In this document: piece by piece, positions 25,425 through 37,400 of the stretch
Layout: the number at the start of each line of letters is the position of its first letter
Position numbering within the stretch: the stretch's first letter is position 1
Source of the DNA: Penicillus capitatus
Lineage: Eukaryota; Plantae; Chlorophyta
Reading direction: 5' to 3'
Assembly (NCBI GenBank): GCA_965649825.1
Contig: OZ287701.1
Location: 795,101-859,100 of the forward strand
DNA length: 64,000 nucleotides
Position numbers and translations under genes: made by a program
The notes under the pieces: model-generated
Told to the model about the DNA's origin: nothing
The model's input: the letters and a program-made list of their open reading frames with translations, nothing else
The model's database searches: none

Positions 25425-28400
25425 TCATACGACATCTAGAAAGAGAGCGACGCCAGCCAGCGTCCATTTGATCCAGGAGTGTTTAGATTTCAGCTGTGCG
25501 GTAAAGACTTCTTCGCGAAATCGCGCCTCCGTTGTGTAGACGGGGCATTGATAGACATCTTTCTGTTCGGCTTTGTCGGCCGTCACTGCCTTAATCAGAA
25601 TCACAGGCATCTGGCAGAAAAGCTGTTTTGGTCGTGAATCGTCCAGGCATCCGGTTTTCTCCTCCCATCGTGCGCCTTCCAGCGTCAGTCCATGTACGAA
25701 AGCGCCGTCTCTGGTGAGAATTGCGTTAGATGATAGATAGCGATGAGGGAACGAGTACACCTGGAGGCAGCTTCGATCTGATCTGGCTGTTTCTTCGTGA
25801 CTTCCGTCAGAATCACTGTCTTATCCAATGGCCAGTCATTACGCCGAGCCGTCGTTTGCATCACCGCCGTCAAAAAGGACTGCGGATTAAATAAGCCGGA
25901 AAGCCAAACGACCTAGCATCCGCGAAAGTAAGACACTTGGTCGAGCAGGGGTCATCCTCATCCGACCTTCGGAACGCTCAGATCCGCCGTCCACTCGGAC
26001 AGCTGATTCACACGTTGCAGCAGATTATTCAGCCACGATCCCAATGGCCTGAGCGACGGATACGCCAGATTCCTCCAACTTCCTGCACGACGATGGTATA
26101 TCGAGGCGCGTTCGATCTCGGTGTGTCGTCGGCCTTACCGGGAACGGCATCGTTCGCAAGGGCGTGCATGAGGCGTTCCATCGTTTCCGAAATCGTCAGG
26201 TCACCCTTGAGTCCGAGCTCCAATTCGGCGAGACTCCTTTTCATCTCGCTCAGCAACGCATTCATCCTTTCCGTTTCCTACGAAACGGCAATCGCATGAC
26301 CTCCGTCGCGACGATCGCGTCCGTCGTCGGGACCTGAATGGCGACCATGACATAGGGCGAATACTCATCGACGCGACTGCGGATGTCTTCGAGGTCGAAG
26401 TTCTCGGGCAGACGTTCGACCAAGTCGTCCAATACGATCTTCGATTTCTCTTCGATGGAGAGGCCTGTAGAGAGAAAAGCTAAAGGCAATGCTGTGCAAA
26501 ACGTCTTCTCAACCTCCATCGCCTCCAGCCTCTTGTGGCTGCAGCAAAGAGACGTTCGTGCAAAACGCCTCAGCTTCGCGAAGCTTGAATCCGATTTCCG
26601 CGTTGGGATGCAATCCGAAAGCGAGAGGCGTCTCCGATGGCATCGACTCGCCAACGTAGTCCAGAACCTAAAAGCGAAAAACAATGAGTCGCGGGGTGTC
26701 TTGCTCGTGGCTCGACTTGTTTGTGCGATAGTGTGTTTTGTGGGGTTGGGAATCCCGGGAACATATCCATTCCCTCGAGGAGCTGTTCGTTGAAGTACTT
26801 ATAGAGATAGGCATTGGCCAGACGTCGATCCCAGTCCTCAACGATATGTCCACCGTACATAATCTCGCCAAAGATGTAGCGCAGATCGTCCCACGGCACT
26901 TTGACGTTGTTCTCCAGATAGTTGTTGGCGCATTGACCGCAGCAAAGCAGATCGCCAGTGTTGAATGGATAGTTCATGTTCCAGCCGATGCCCGATCGGG
27001 CGCCAGGAAGATTGCCGACGCCGAACTTCTTGCGTTCGAGTAATGCGGCGTGGAAATAGCAGAGCGAAAAGACAATCATGCGGAACTCTGCCTGTTTGGC
27101 GCAGCTCTCGAGAATCTCTTCGGAAAACTGACCGTATGCTCTTCGGAGATTGGCCTGGAGACCCTCGGGTGGTTCGTTGGTGAGCTTAATGGAGTTCTGC
27201 AGAAGGGAAATGGGCAGCGGCTTTTCGAGGAGAGGTGGCGGCTCGGCCGATAGGAACAATCGGAACTCGGGATGTGCTCCTTCGCTCAGTTTGTCCACCT
27301 GTCACCGATCGCTTTCATGATTGCGATCGTGATCGTGATGCGACGTGACCTTCTTCTCAAGCGGTCCAGATGTCCAATCGATCGTGAGATGGATGTTCTG
27401 CAGAAGCACCCATCCGCCGTTCTTGTGTGCATGATTCAGACTGTTCATGGCGATTGGCTCTTGACCTTGACCTAGAGAGATCGAGACGTATTTTCCGTTG
27501 TCAAGCGTAAAATCAGATTTTCGCCCCAGAGCCTCGACAGATCCGGCGACGTCGACGCCTGGAGATAGAAAAACGAAAATCGGCACACCGGGACTCGAAT
27601 CCTGTCCAGTGCCATGAGATCAAGAAAAAGTGTTCGACGTGACAGATGGATATAACCTGAAAAGACAGCTCGAGATCGAAAGGTTGCGAAGAGACGTATT
27701 GTTGGCCGATCGTCTTGGTGACGAATTTGGCCATGGCGGCAGTTAGGCGATCGGGACGCAGTGCCCGAAAGAGCAACAGTTGATCAAACTCCGTCATGCG
27801 TTTCCATTCGCCCGGCAACGGTTCGTCTTCGGGTCGTTCAAGTTCCATCCACTCTCGCCATCTCTTGGCCGAACCGACGAGATCGTCTGCATCGACATCG
27901 CTGTTGAATGGCGGCGTCGTCAACGACGGTTAGCACATACCTGGCAGCGCGGCATAGTCATCGAGTTCTTTCAGAGCGTGGACGGTTCCCCAACTGGCAT
28001 CACTGACCCATTCGCTGAGAGGGTTATCGACGCCAGCAACGCGTGGCCCTTTCAAGAGGAACTCGAACTTATCGACCTTCAGTTCTCCGTTTTTCTTGAG
28101 AATCGCCATGCACAGCTGAGTGGCGACAATGAGCTTGTGTCGTTCAAAGAGTCCCTGCAGATGTTATGGATGGAATCTTGCCGAACAGCGATGATGTGCC
28201 ATAGGATACCTGTGCGACGTAAGAGAAGACAACGAAGGTCGTCGTTTCGATCAGCTGATCGACGCGCTCTTTGGTATCGACTTCTCTTCCCAGTCGCTTG
28301 TGCTCCGGCACTCGAGATTCGTCTTTTCCTCCCGGCGTCATGCCCATTCCTGCAGCGATCGGTGCGATCTCGATCGATTCGATTCGATCGATGCATCTTA

Positions 28401-31400
28401 CCTTTCTTAAGAATGTACACGAAGTTCGCCATCGAGTAATGATACACGCGATCCAGGGCGTTCAAATTGTCGACAAGGAAGTAAACCAGTGACCCACGGG
28501 TCGCGACCGGTCGGTAGACTTCTCTAGCTTTGGAGATATTGAGTTCCGTCTCCCGTCCGAGCCGAACCTTCTCTTCAATATCCAACGCCGTTTTCTTTGT
28601 ATCTTCCAGATTCTCGATCAGTTCGATGTCTTCCAGAATGTCGCCCTGCGAATTGGCCAGTTTCAGCAAAAGATTATCTTCCAGTTCTGTCAATGTGATC
28701 GTGTACTGAGCCAGTTGTCGGACCTAGAGTGGCCGAGGTGAGCGACGATGGAGAGAAGGAACGAGGGACGCACCAGTTGCTGTGCTTGTTCTTGAAGGTC
28801 GGGTCGCTCGTGATCGACTACGAGTGCCAGCAATTGATCTTCCAGCCCCTTCTCTGTTACGCAGAAATTGAGCAGCGTCGTCTGGGCCGCGATCTCTGGT
28901 TTGTAATGAGGATTGGCGAGTTTGGTCTGCAGGTAAAGGCGGAAATTGGCATCGTATTCCACCTCGCTGTCACCGATCACCATGATCGTGTTTCTTCCTC
29001 TCTTGGTCGTCACCTGAAAACGCTTCGATGAGAGACGCGGGCCATCGGCGCTACAGTACCTTTTGGATGACGGGATCGAGAACGGCATCGATATCTTGCG
29101 GGAGGTTTTCCAGGAGCAATGGCAGTCCATTCTCGATGGCATGGATGACCTTGTCGAGGTATCTGACGAGAGAGAGGCAGACGATGAGGAGGGAATGCAC
29201 ATGTATGGCGGCGCGTTACCGTGGTTGCGATTGCTGGATGATGATGAGGCCGTTTGGTTCCTCGCGATTCTTGATCCATTTGATCCCTTGAAGCTGAGGG
29301 TCAATGATCAACGGCCATCGTGATGCATTCGTAATGATCGCGCCATTTTCAACGGAAAGGGGATCGGAGGGCAAACCTGAACAATCGCGCTCGCATCCTC
29401 CTCGGATCGTAATGCACTCGGCTAACCTTCGTTCGCCCACGTCGCTTTGCTGCGATCGTTTGCCAACATGTCAAGCGGTTTGATGTTGTCGCTAATCGGA
29501 ATCTCACGTCCGATCAGATCTGGTAGCCACTTCTCTTCGACGAGCCGTATCCTGCACGGCAAAAACGATCGTCCACATAACGACTGTCCGAGATCACCGG
29601 AAATGCATATTGAATGGCCCTGCATATGAGACAAATGCAGATGCGAGGAGCACATCGCCCACGAGTTTGCCCTCTTGAATCTGCCAAACCGTGATCGAAC
29701 TACCGGATGGCTGAGGAAGTGATGGTGCTTTACTTCGAATTTGAGAATCTCTTCGTTCCATCTCTTGTTTTCGCCAGACAGGCCATTGATCAGACGATCT
29801 GCCAATCCCGCTTTCTTTGCTGTTTTCTCGGCCTGTGCGATAGCTTGGTTCTTGTCCTCGGTTGCTTTCATGAGGCTCTCCTCCAGCGCCGCCACCCGAT
29901 CGTTCAACTCTCGCACTTTGGCTCGAATGCCTGAGCCATGCATCAAAGGTTCAAGCAGAAAGACACCGGGTGTTAATGCATCGCACCTGCCAGCTTCTTA
30001 TTGGCGCCCTCCAATTTCTTATTAGCCTCCGAGAGCGCGGCGCGTTTCGGAGCCACCACCTGATAGATTCTAAAGTACTTGCAGATATTGACCACCCACG
30101 AGCACAATCCGGAAGCAGCTCCAGATTTGGATCTGACACAAAGAGACCCCCCTTCATATGCCATCCTTCACTCGACCAGGATCCACCTGATGTAGTCGGC
30201 ATTGAAGTTTGGGTTGCTCATGTAGTCCCTCTCGACCACTTCCACGCACTTCTCTGGCGTATTGTCTTTATCGAAGTTCACCAAACTCTTTAGAAAGGCA
30301 TCGACGTTGCCCATAAACTTCTTGCCGGCATTCCAGCTAAGATCCTTCGGAATCTTTCCGCCGGGTGCTGTCAGCACCATGCACGCGGAGACCACCTTCA
30401 ATGCAACGTGTCACCATGGGTCCGTTCAGCACGCTCCATCTCTCACCTGAACCACTTCGGCTGCAGGACTGCCGAACGATTTCAGTTCGCCCAGAGATGC
30501 TTTGTCCAATGAATTGAGTGCCGCTTCGGCATCTTTGATAATGGGCTCGGCTGCACCCAGGTCCCGTTCACATTCCGCTTGAAACGCCTGAACCTCTTGC
30601 TGCAGGTTGGCGCATTGATTCTCGTCATCTCGACTGGATTCGACGGCTTCATCGACTACAGCCTTTTCTTGGCCGATCGAGACAATCAGTTCATCTGTCT
30701 TCGCTTTCTTCTCTTCAACAATGATCTGCTCTTCCTGAAGCGCTTTCTGGAGGTCGGCAACCTAAAGGGACAATGGCAGGCGAATAAGAATCGCTCGGCA
30801 ATATACACGAAACCTGTTCGGATGCTTGGGCAATCTTCTCTACACCGTTCTCCAGACGACTCTTCGCTGTTTTGAGCTCCGTCCTCTTCTTCGCGAGAAG
30901 CTGTTTGTACAGAGCAATTAATTCCAGATAGGATTTCGGTGTGGTGTAGTTGTATCTTCGATAGCTCTCCAGATACCTGACATGACGTTTTTGTCATGAC
31001 CAGGCGACCCTGAGAGAGGATGAACCTTCTGCTCGCTTCGGTGACCTCCTGATGGGCAAAGGACATGTGCAGAGCGATTTTCTCCCGAATCGGTTCTTCG
31101 ATATCCGGAATGTCCGTCAGAAATTTTTGCGCGACAGAAATCAGCGCCTCCGGTGGCCATCCATGAAACCAGTCGAACTGCGTACAGTTCACCAGGGCTG
31201 GGAACTGCCTTGCGCGGATTCTGAATTTATCACCCACCTGTATGGCACGCCCTCTCTATCACACGTAGGAGAAAGGCCGATCGCTTACTGGACTGAAACA
31301 GAGCACGACATGGAGAAATCGCCGAACCTTCTGGATGAAGAAATCCCACAAGTTCTCTGGCGTATCGACAAGACCTGCCGCTTTGGCTTCGTTTCGCACA

Positions 31401-34400
31401 GCATTGCAGAAGCTCTCTCTGTCTTCCTAAAGACGGCAGACAATTGCTGGCGCTCTTGTCTATAGACATCGGTATACTGGAGCGCACAGATCGGCAATGT
31501 ATCCCGTTGACAGGAGATCGTTGATGTACACCAGGAAACGTTCGTTGACGATCTGGTTGTCCGTCATGAGGAAGGTAATGGGCAATCCCTTGGTGCCCGC
31601 TTTCGAATAGAGTGCCAGTAAGTTCTCTTTGAAATCGGCGATGCCGTAGGTCGACGTCACGGCGATCTGAAAAACGGAGTAGCCGCAGATGAAAGAGGCC
31701 AATCTCGCCAGCGACTGTTTTCCTGAACCGCCGACACCGACGAGCATAGCATTGCCACACGGCAGATCCAGAATCCGCATGATTCGGCAGATGTGCTCCA
31801 CGGCCTGGCGAAAGAGGACGAGATTCATGACGGCATTGGACTCGTTATATTCGTTCAGCTTCTCCTCCAATGTCCTCTTCAGTTCATCATAGCTCGTGAC
31901 TTCGTCATAGACCGGGAGATCCTCAGTCGCTATGGATGGCATAGCATAAGGGGCGATGCGATATGAGACGGTTACGCACATGAAGGATTGGCGACCGATG
32001 CAAAGAGAAGAGGCGTGGCATTCAGTTCTTCGCTGTCGAGATCTCCAAAGATCCGTTTGGTCACGGTAGATTTGAAGCCGTCGAAGATCTGGATGTCATC
32101 TTCGTTCACCAGACGATCCCGAAACACGCGATCGCATTCGTAGCACCACAAGCGTGCCACCTTGATCGGTGTCTACCGTCGCATATCGTCAGAGGATTGC
32201 GTTTTTGCCTAATGGCATACTCGAAAGGCATCTTTGGTCATTCGCGTGAGGCCTTGTGTAATGTTCGTAAGTTCTCTCAGATTGAATTGGTAGTGGAATT
32301 TGATCGCCGATGGCAAAAAGTTGTTCATCACGAGTGCGTGCAGTTCGATCGTTGCATCGACAAGCTTGCCGCCCATTTTCGCCACTTCGGCGTCGAAAAC
32401 CGTCAAGTGTCCATCGACGATCTGTCATCACTCATGCACCCACAGGTGCCACAGGTGCCGCACTGACCTGTTGGTAGATCGATTTGACGATCTCGGCATT
32501 AGGCATCTGAACGGCAAAGGTCACGAAATGACGTTGCATACGTGGGGTGATCTGGAACGAGCCGGCTGTAGGATTCATCGACGCGCAGTACTGACAGTTG
32601 ATCACTTCCTTCAGCACAATCTTCACCTTATCATACCTAGAACGCCAGGTGTCACGTCGGATGTCTGTCTAGCTAAAGGGAAGCGAATATACCATCCCTT
32701 ATAATCGACGAATTGACGCGCCAGTTCAATCGCCGATTGCGTGTCGTATTTATCCACGAATGGCATGTTCAGATCATCGAGGAAATAGACGAGTCTTCGA
32801 GAACCGGGAGGGCCGAAACGGACGCCGGATTTCTTCTCGAGTGGCTGCTCGAGCATGACCTGCGCCAACGCATCGCTCTGCAGATGGCGGCGGCGGGTAG
32901 AGGACAAACCTGCACGGAGGGAGCATCGGAGAAAGAATTCATATTGAGTGTGCTCGATAGTGTGATGTCGGTATCCAGATTTCGCAGTTTGTTTTTCATG
33001 ATCGCCGTCTTTCCTGTTCCCGTGTTGCCGACGAACATGACGTAATGCTTGTTCGCGACAAGGCTGTCCAGAAAGTAGCTCAATCGCGTTGTCTCGACGG
33101 TTGGCACGAAGAGCGAACTGAAATCGGCGTCGGGACTGTAGACGAAATCCTGGATGCGATTCTCCCACGGTGCCATAAGACATTGCTCCTCGTCCACATA
33201 GTAGTCATACACCAATCCCTTTTCAGGAAACGGAACCGTCTTCCATTCGGAGATCCACCTAGACAAAGAGCTCAAGACCGAGAAGACGTCACGCGATCGG
33301 ACGGTTACCATTTCGAAAACTGCGTTCGGAAGTCCGAGACCTTATCGACGAGCATACAGCCGCCAAACGCCCAGACACAAGCAAAGACGAAGTGATGTTC
33401 GACGAGTTTTTTGTCCGGTGGCGGCGCTCCTCGAACGGTCTCTTGCGGCAAAATGCCTTCGAGGATTTTGCAGATCGTCATCGCCTGCGACACCGCCGGA
33501 AGCTGAACGACGTATTTGAAATGGCGGCGGCAATGTTCTAGACAGACGTCGACGTATTTTCCAAACAAAGCCGTCAAGAGAGGCTGGTATTCCTTAGCCT
33601 GCAACACCATCGCCTCCGTCTGTGTCCTGACGACGGGTAGACGCGTCATACTTCTAAACTCTCGATCCAACTGTCGACTGCCGGTTTCCAACCGACATCA
33701 TCTCCGTTGACGAATACCACACCTCCTCTCGAAACCGTCGCCGGAGAACAGTGGTTCATGTGGTTGATCTCCAGCAACAGGCGCATCGTCGGTGTCAGCG
33801 GTATGCGTTCGTTCGAAGCTAGTGTAAGCATCTTGTTGTCATCCATCACCTGTATCGTGCGTGGCCTCAGCAAAGACGACGGATCCGAAGTCGATGGTGT
33901 ATACCGTGTTCATGCTTTCGATCCATTCGGCATCGATGTCGCCGTCGAGAACGATCCATTGGTGTTTGTTCGTGGCGTTGTTTGCCATGTCGCGGAACGT
34001 GACGGATACGAGACCCTCTTTCCATTCGCGTGTGGTGGGATGCAGAAAACCGTAGAGTTCGTTTCGAGTCACGGACTTTGGATTGATCGGTTTGACGATC
34101 GATTTTTCGCCGTGGTTGTTTTGCGCGCGATTGAGTGTTCGCCAGATCGCCGTCTTGCCACAACCGGCAGGGCCGAGTAAGAAAACGGACCAGCGCACTT
34201 CGAAGATCTCCCTCAGCTGCGTCGCACAGAGATACCACACCGACTGCCATTGATTCGGCGATACCTGAGAGATCTTGAGGCAGAAGGTATCGTCCGGCTG
34301 GTAACCGAGCTGCACAGCCGCCTCCCGGATTCGGCTATCGAATGTTTGATCGACGGCACGCGGAACGAGTTCCAGCGTTTTGGGGAAGAGATCGTTGAGC

Positions 34401-37400
34401 AGACCCATAAAGATACCGGTATCGTCGGAAGTCAACTTGCCAAGATTAAAATCGCGCAGCGCTCGGAGAAGTACCTGGCCATGAGAGCAAGCATACATAG
34501 AGCTGCCTCTCTGCGATGATGCTATGCGGAATACCTTGTCTTCCGAGAGTTCAGGTGCAGCGCGTTTCATGCCGCCCGCCACATAGAGCGTCGTCTTGAT
34601 CGCCCTCAGTTTCCAATCGTAGTGCTTGGACTTCGAGAGCAAATCTTCACAGAGTTTGTAGAGGATGACGAATTTGCGCGAGAGAAGCTTCGACATCTGG
34701 AAGCCTTCCGCCATCAACATGATCTCGCAGATCAGTGCCAAATCCGGCAAGACCTATCGTCGATCGGCCGATCATCATTTCCGCGCGATCGCCATACGAG
34801 GGCGTACCATCGATACGGGTCGGAAGAGTGCTTTTAAGGACTCTGGCAGTTCGGCTCTTCCTGGATACCCCGGATTCATCGTGATGAAAGCCATGACGGA
34901 TCGCCTGAGAGAGATTTCGACATCTTCGAAGAGGAAGCGGTCTTTTCGCGATCGTATCGCATCGAGGACGGTTTTGTATTGCGTCGAACAGACGGATAGA
35001 ACGGCGACGGGGATGCGGTTGAATTCATCGAAGCATCCCCATGCGCCGGTCTGGGCCAGTCCTTTGTAGATCTGACCCATGGCTTTGTAATCCATCTGAT
35101 CCGAACAGTTAAAGACATAGCACTGTATACCTAGTGCCCTAGCAAGATCCTAGATTAAACAGACACTGTCGTTGAGAAACGGCGATCGATCGATCGTCGC
35201 GATCGCGACGATCGTTTCTTCTTGCCTTTGTTGTTTCTGTCTTTCCTGTTCCGGCGGGTCCAGCAGGAGCACCGCCGAGAACGAGCCTCTGTGCCTGCGT
35301 CAGAGTAATATAGCATCGATCTGTCAGTGGCGTGATACACAGACATCCACAATTGCCAATGTACTCATTGTTATAGGCAATCTCCGCGTCGCAGATGTTC
35401 ACCTAGACAAGCATATCAATCTAGCATGAATGCAAATTCGACACCATACCTGGCATCTCTTTGTTTTCTCGTTCTGATAGTATCTTAGCTGAGACTGCCA
35501 CTGAAAACAGGACACATCTTCGGTGCGCTCGTCGATCAATCGCTGAACGACGTCTCTCGCATGCACGTCGATCGTACAGAGCGTAATGAGCTTCTTTCTC
35601 TCGAGCGACGTCAGCTCGCCGTTGATCAGATCAATAAGATCACTCAACTGAGCCACCTGCTTATCATACTCGTTCTTCAAAGCATCCTCATTTCCTTCCT
35701 CCAGTTCGTCGAAGGCCTCGTTCACTTCTTGCGTAAAGAAGGTACGCGAGACGACGATGGTATTCTGTGCCGACCATTTGAAGATCCAACTGGTGCGCGG
35801 CATCTCTTCGTATGGCGGAATGGCCTGAGTGAATTCGTAATGCAGGGCATCGCGCATGGAATCCACCACTGTCTGCAGCCACGTCTCAACGGGGCCATCA
35901 CAGATACAGTCCGATGCAAAGGACACGTATTCCTTTTCTCCAGAGTACATACCGACAGCGGTCTTGGTCGGATCGCCGTTATCGTCCTTCTTGAATTCGA
36001 GATTGTGAACGTTGTCGAATGTTTTTGGCAGGTGGCGGATGATGAGCTGCGGATTGCTGCCTTTAGAGAGAATGTCGAGGAGATCTGCCGCCGCGACAAA
36101 GTAGAAACGCGGAAAGGCAATGCGCTTTGTCTCCAAGTAATCCTGAAGCGCCTTCTCACACATTTCTAACTGCTCCAGCATGACGTCTAATCGTTCCTAG
36201 ATAGAAGAGAGATTCCGGCCGTCGGTTGTCGTTCAGGTCACACGGATCCGCATCGCACCTGACGGCCTTCCAAATTGCATGCTTCGACGACGTTTGTGTA
36301 ATCGGGAGCGTTTTTCATCAGGTCTTGGAAATCGGCGTTGATGCCGTCGAATCTGCCGATGGCGGCGATGGCGATCGGAGAGCGAGGCGATCGATATCAT
36401 ACCGTTTCGAGTCTTCTGGCAGCTGTACACGAATGTCGGCCGATCCGATGAAAATGGATTCCAGTGCCTGCCATTTGGTTTGAACGTCGAGCCATGTAGA
36501 CAGCACCACGTCAACGGTGCCAAGCTTCTTCTGCCAGTTCGAAACGATTTCCAAAAACTTAGCATTGCCCTGTCCAATGAAAAACGACTCGGGTCAGCGC
36601 ATCCCTAAAGCAAAGGACATACTTGGACATATTTGCCTCCGCTCATGTTCTGCAGCTGGAGGTTGTCGTTCTCCAACGCTTCGGTGATCACATCGTCCAC
36701 CTGACAGTTTCGTGCTGATCGATCTGGGGCAATAAAGAGGCCATACTTGCACGAGAAGCATATCTGTGTCCTGGTAAGAGACGAATTCGAGATTGAGACC
36801 CGACCAGGTTTCGTCAATCTTTTTGAGCGCTTTCTCAATGATGAGCTCCTTCTGGGCTCTGTCTACGATCTCCGAGCAGGCATCGACATAGTTGTGCAAT
36901 TCCAAATCTGTAAAAGAAGTATCGTATCATATCGAATCGGAGCGGAATCGTGGTCGCCGTACCCAGGAGATCGCCAAGACAGAAGTTTTCATCCATCTGG
37001 AACGTCTTTCCTGTCGCCTTCATCAACTGCTTCCAATGGCGATCGCGCATAGCTGGATGATGAAGTTCCTATATCGCCTCGATCGATGGCAACGAAATCG
37101 AAAGCGGATTCGCCTAATCACCTGAACGAGAGGCAATGACGTCAGCATGGCTTTCAGCTTCTCCTCCAGCAGCCGATAGACATCATAATTACGCACAGCC
37201 TTGTTCAGCGTTTTGATCTCTTTGCCCAATGCCTTGGGGACTCGCGATTGGATTTCGGACCAAGGAGAAAATGATGCACACCTTCGTTTCATCGATGAGG
37301 ACATCGACGTCGATCTTGTCCCAAGGTGTCTTGCGCCAGTCGCTGAACATGAAGAGAATGGTCGATACGACATCCCAGACCGACTTCAGACAGACGAGCT

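Noticed and set aside
35183-35214. Cyanobacterial or plastid DNA insertion suggested by HIP1-like GCGATCGC
   Set aside because: The motifs sit inside spliceosomal introns and exons of clearly eukaryotic genes, and there are no bacterial or plastid ORFs nearby.
27780-36169. Long opposite-strand ORFs (for example 27780-28439 and 35561-36169, similarly 11365-12051)
   Set aside because: They are antisense shadows of codon-biased conserved genes and show no recognisable domains.
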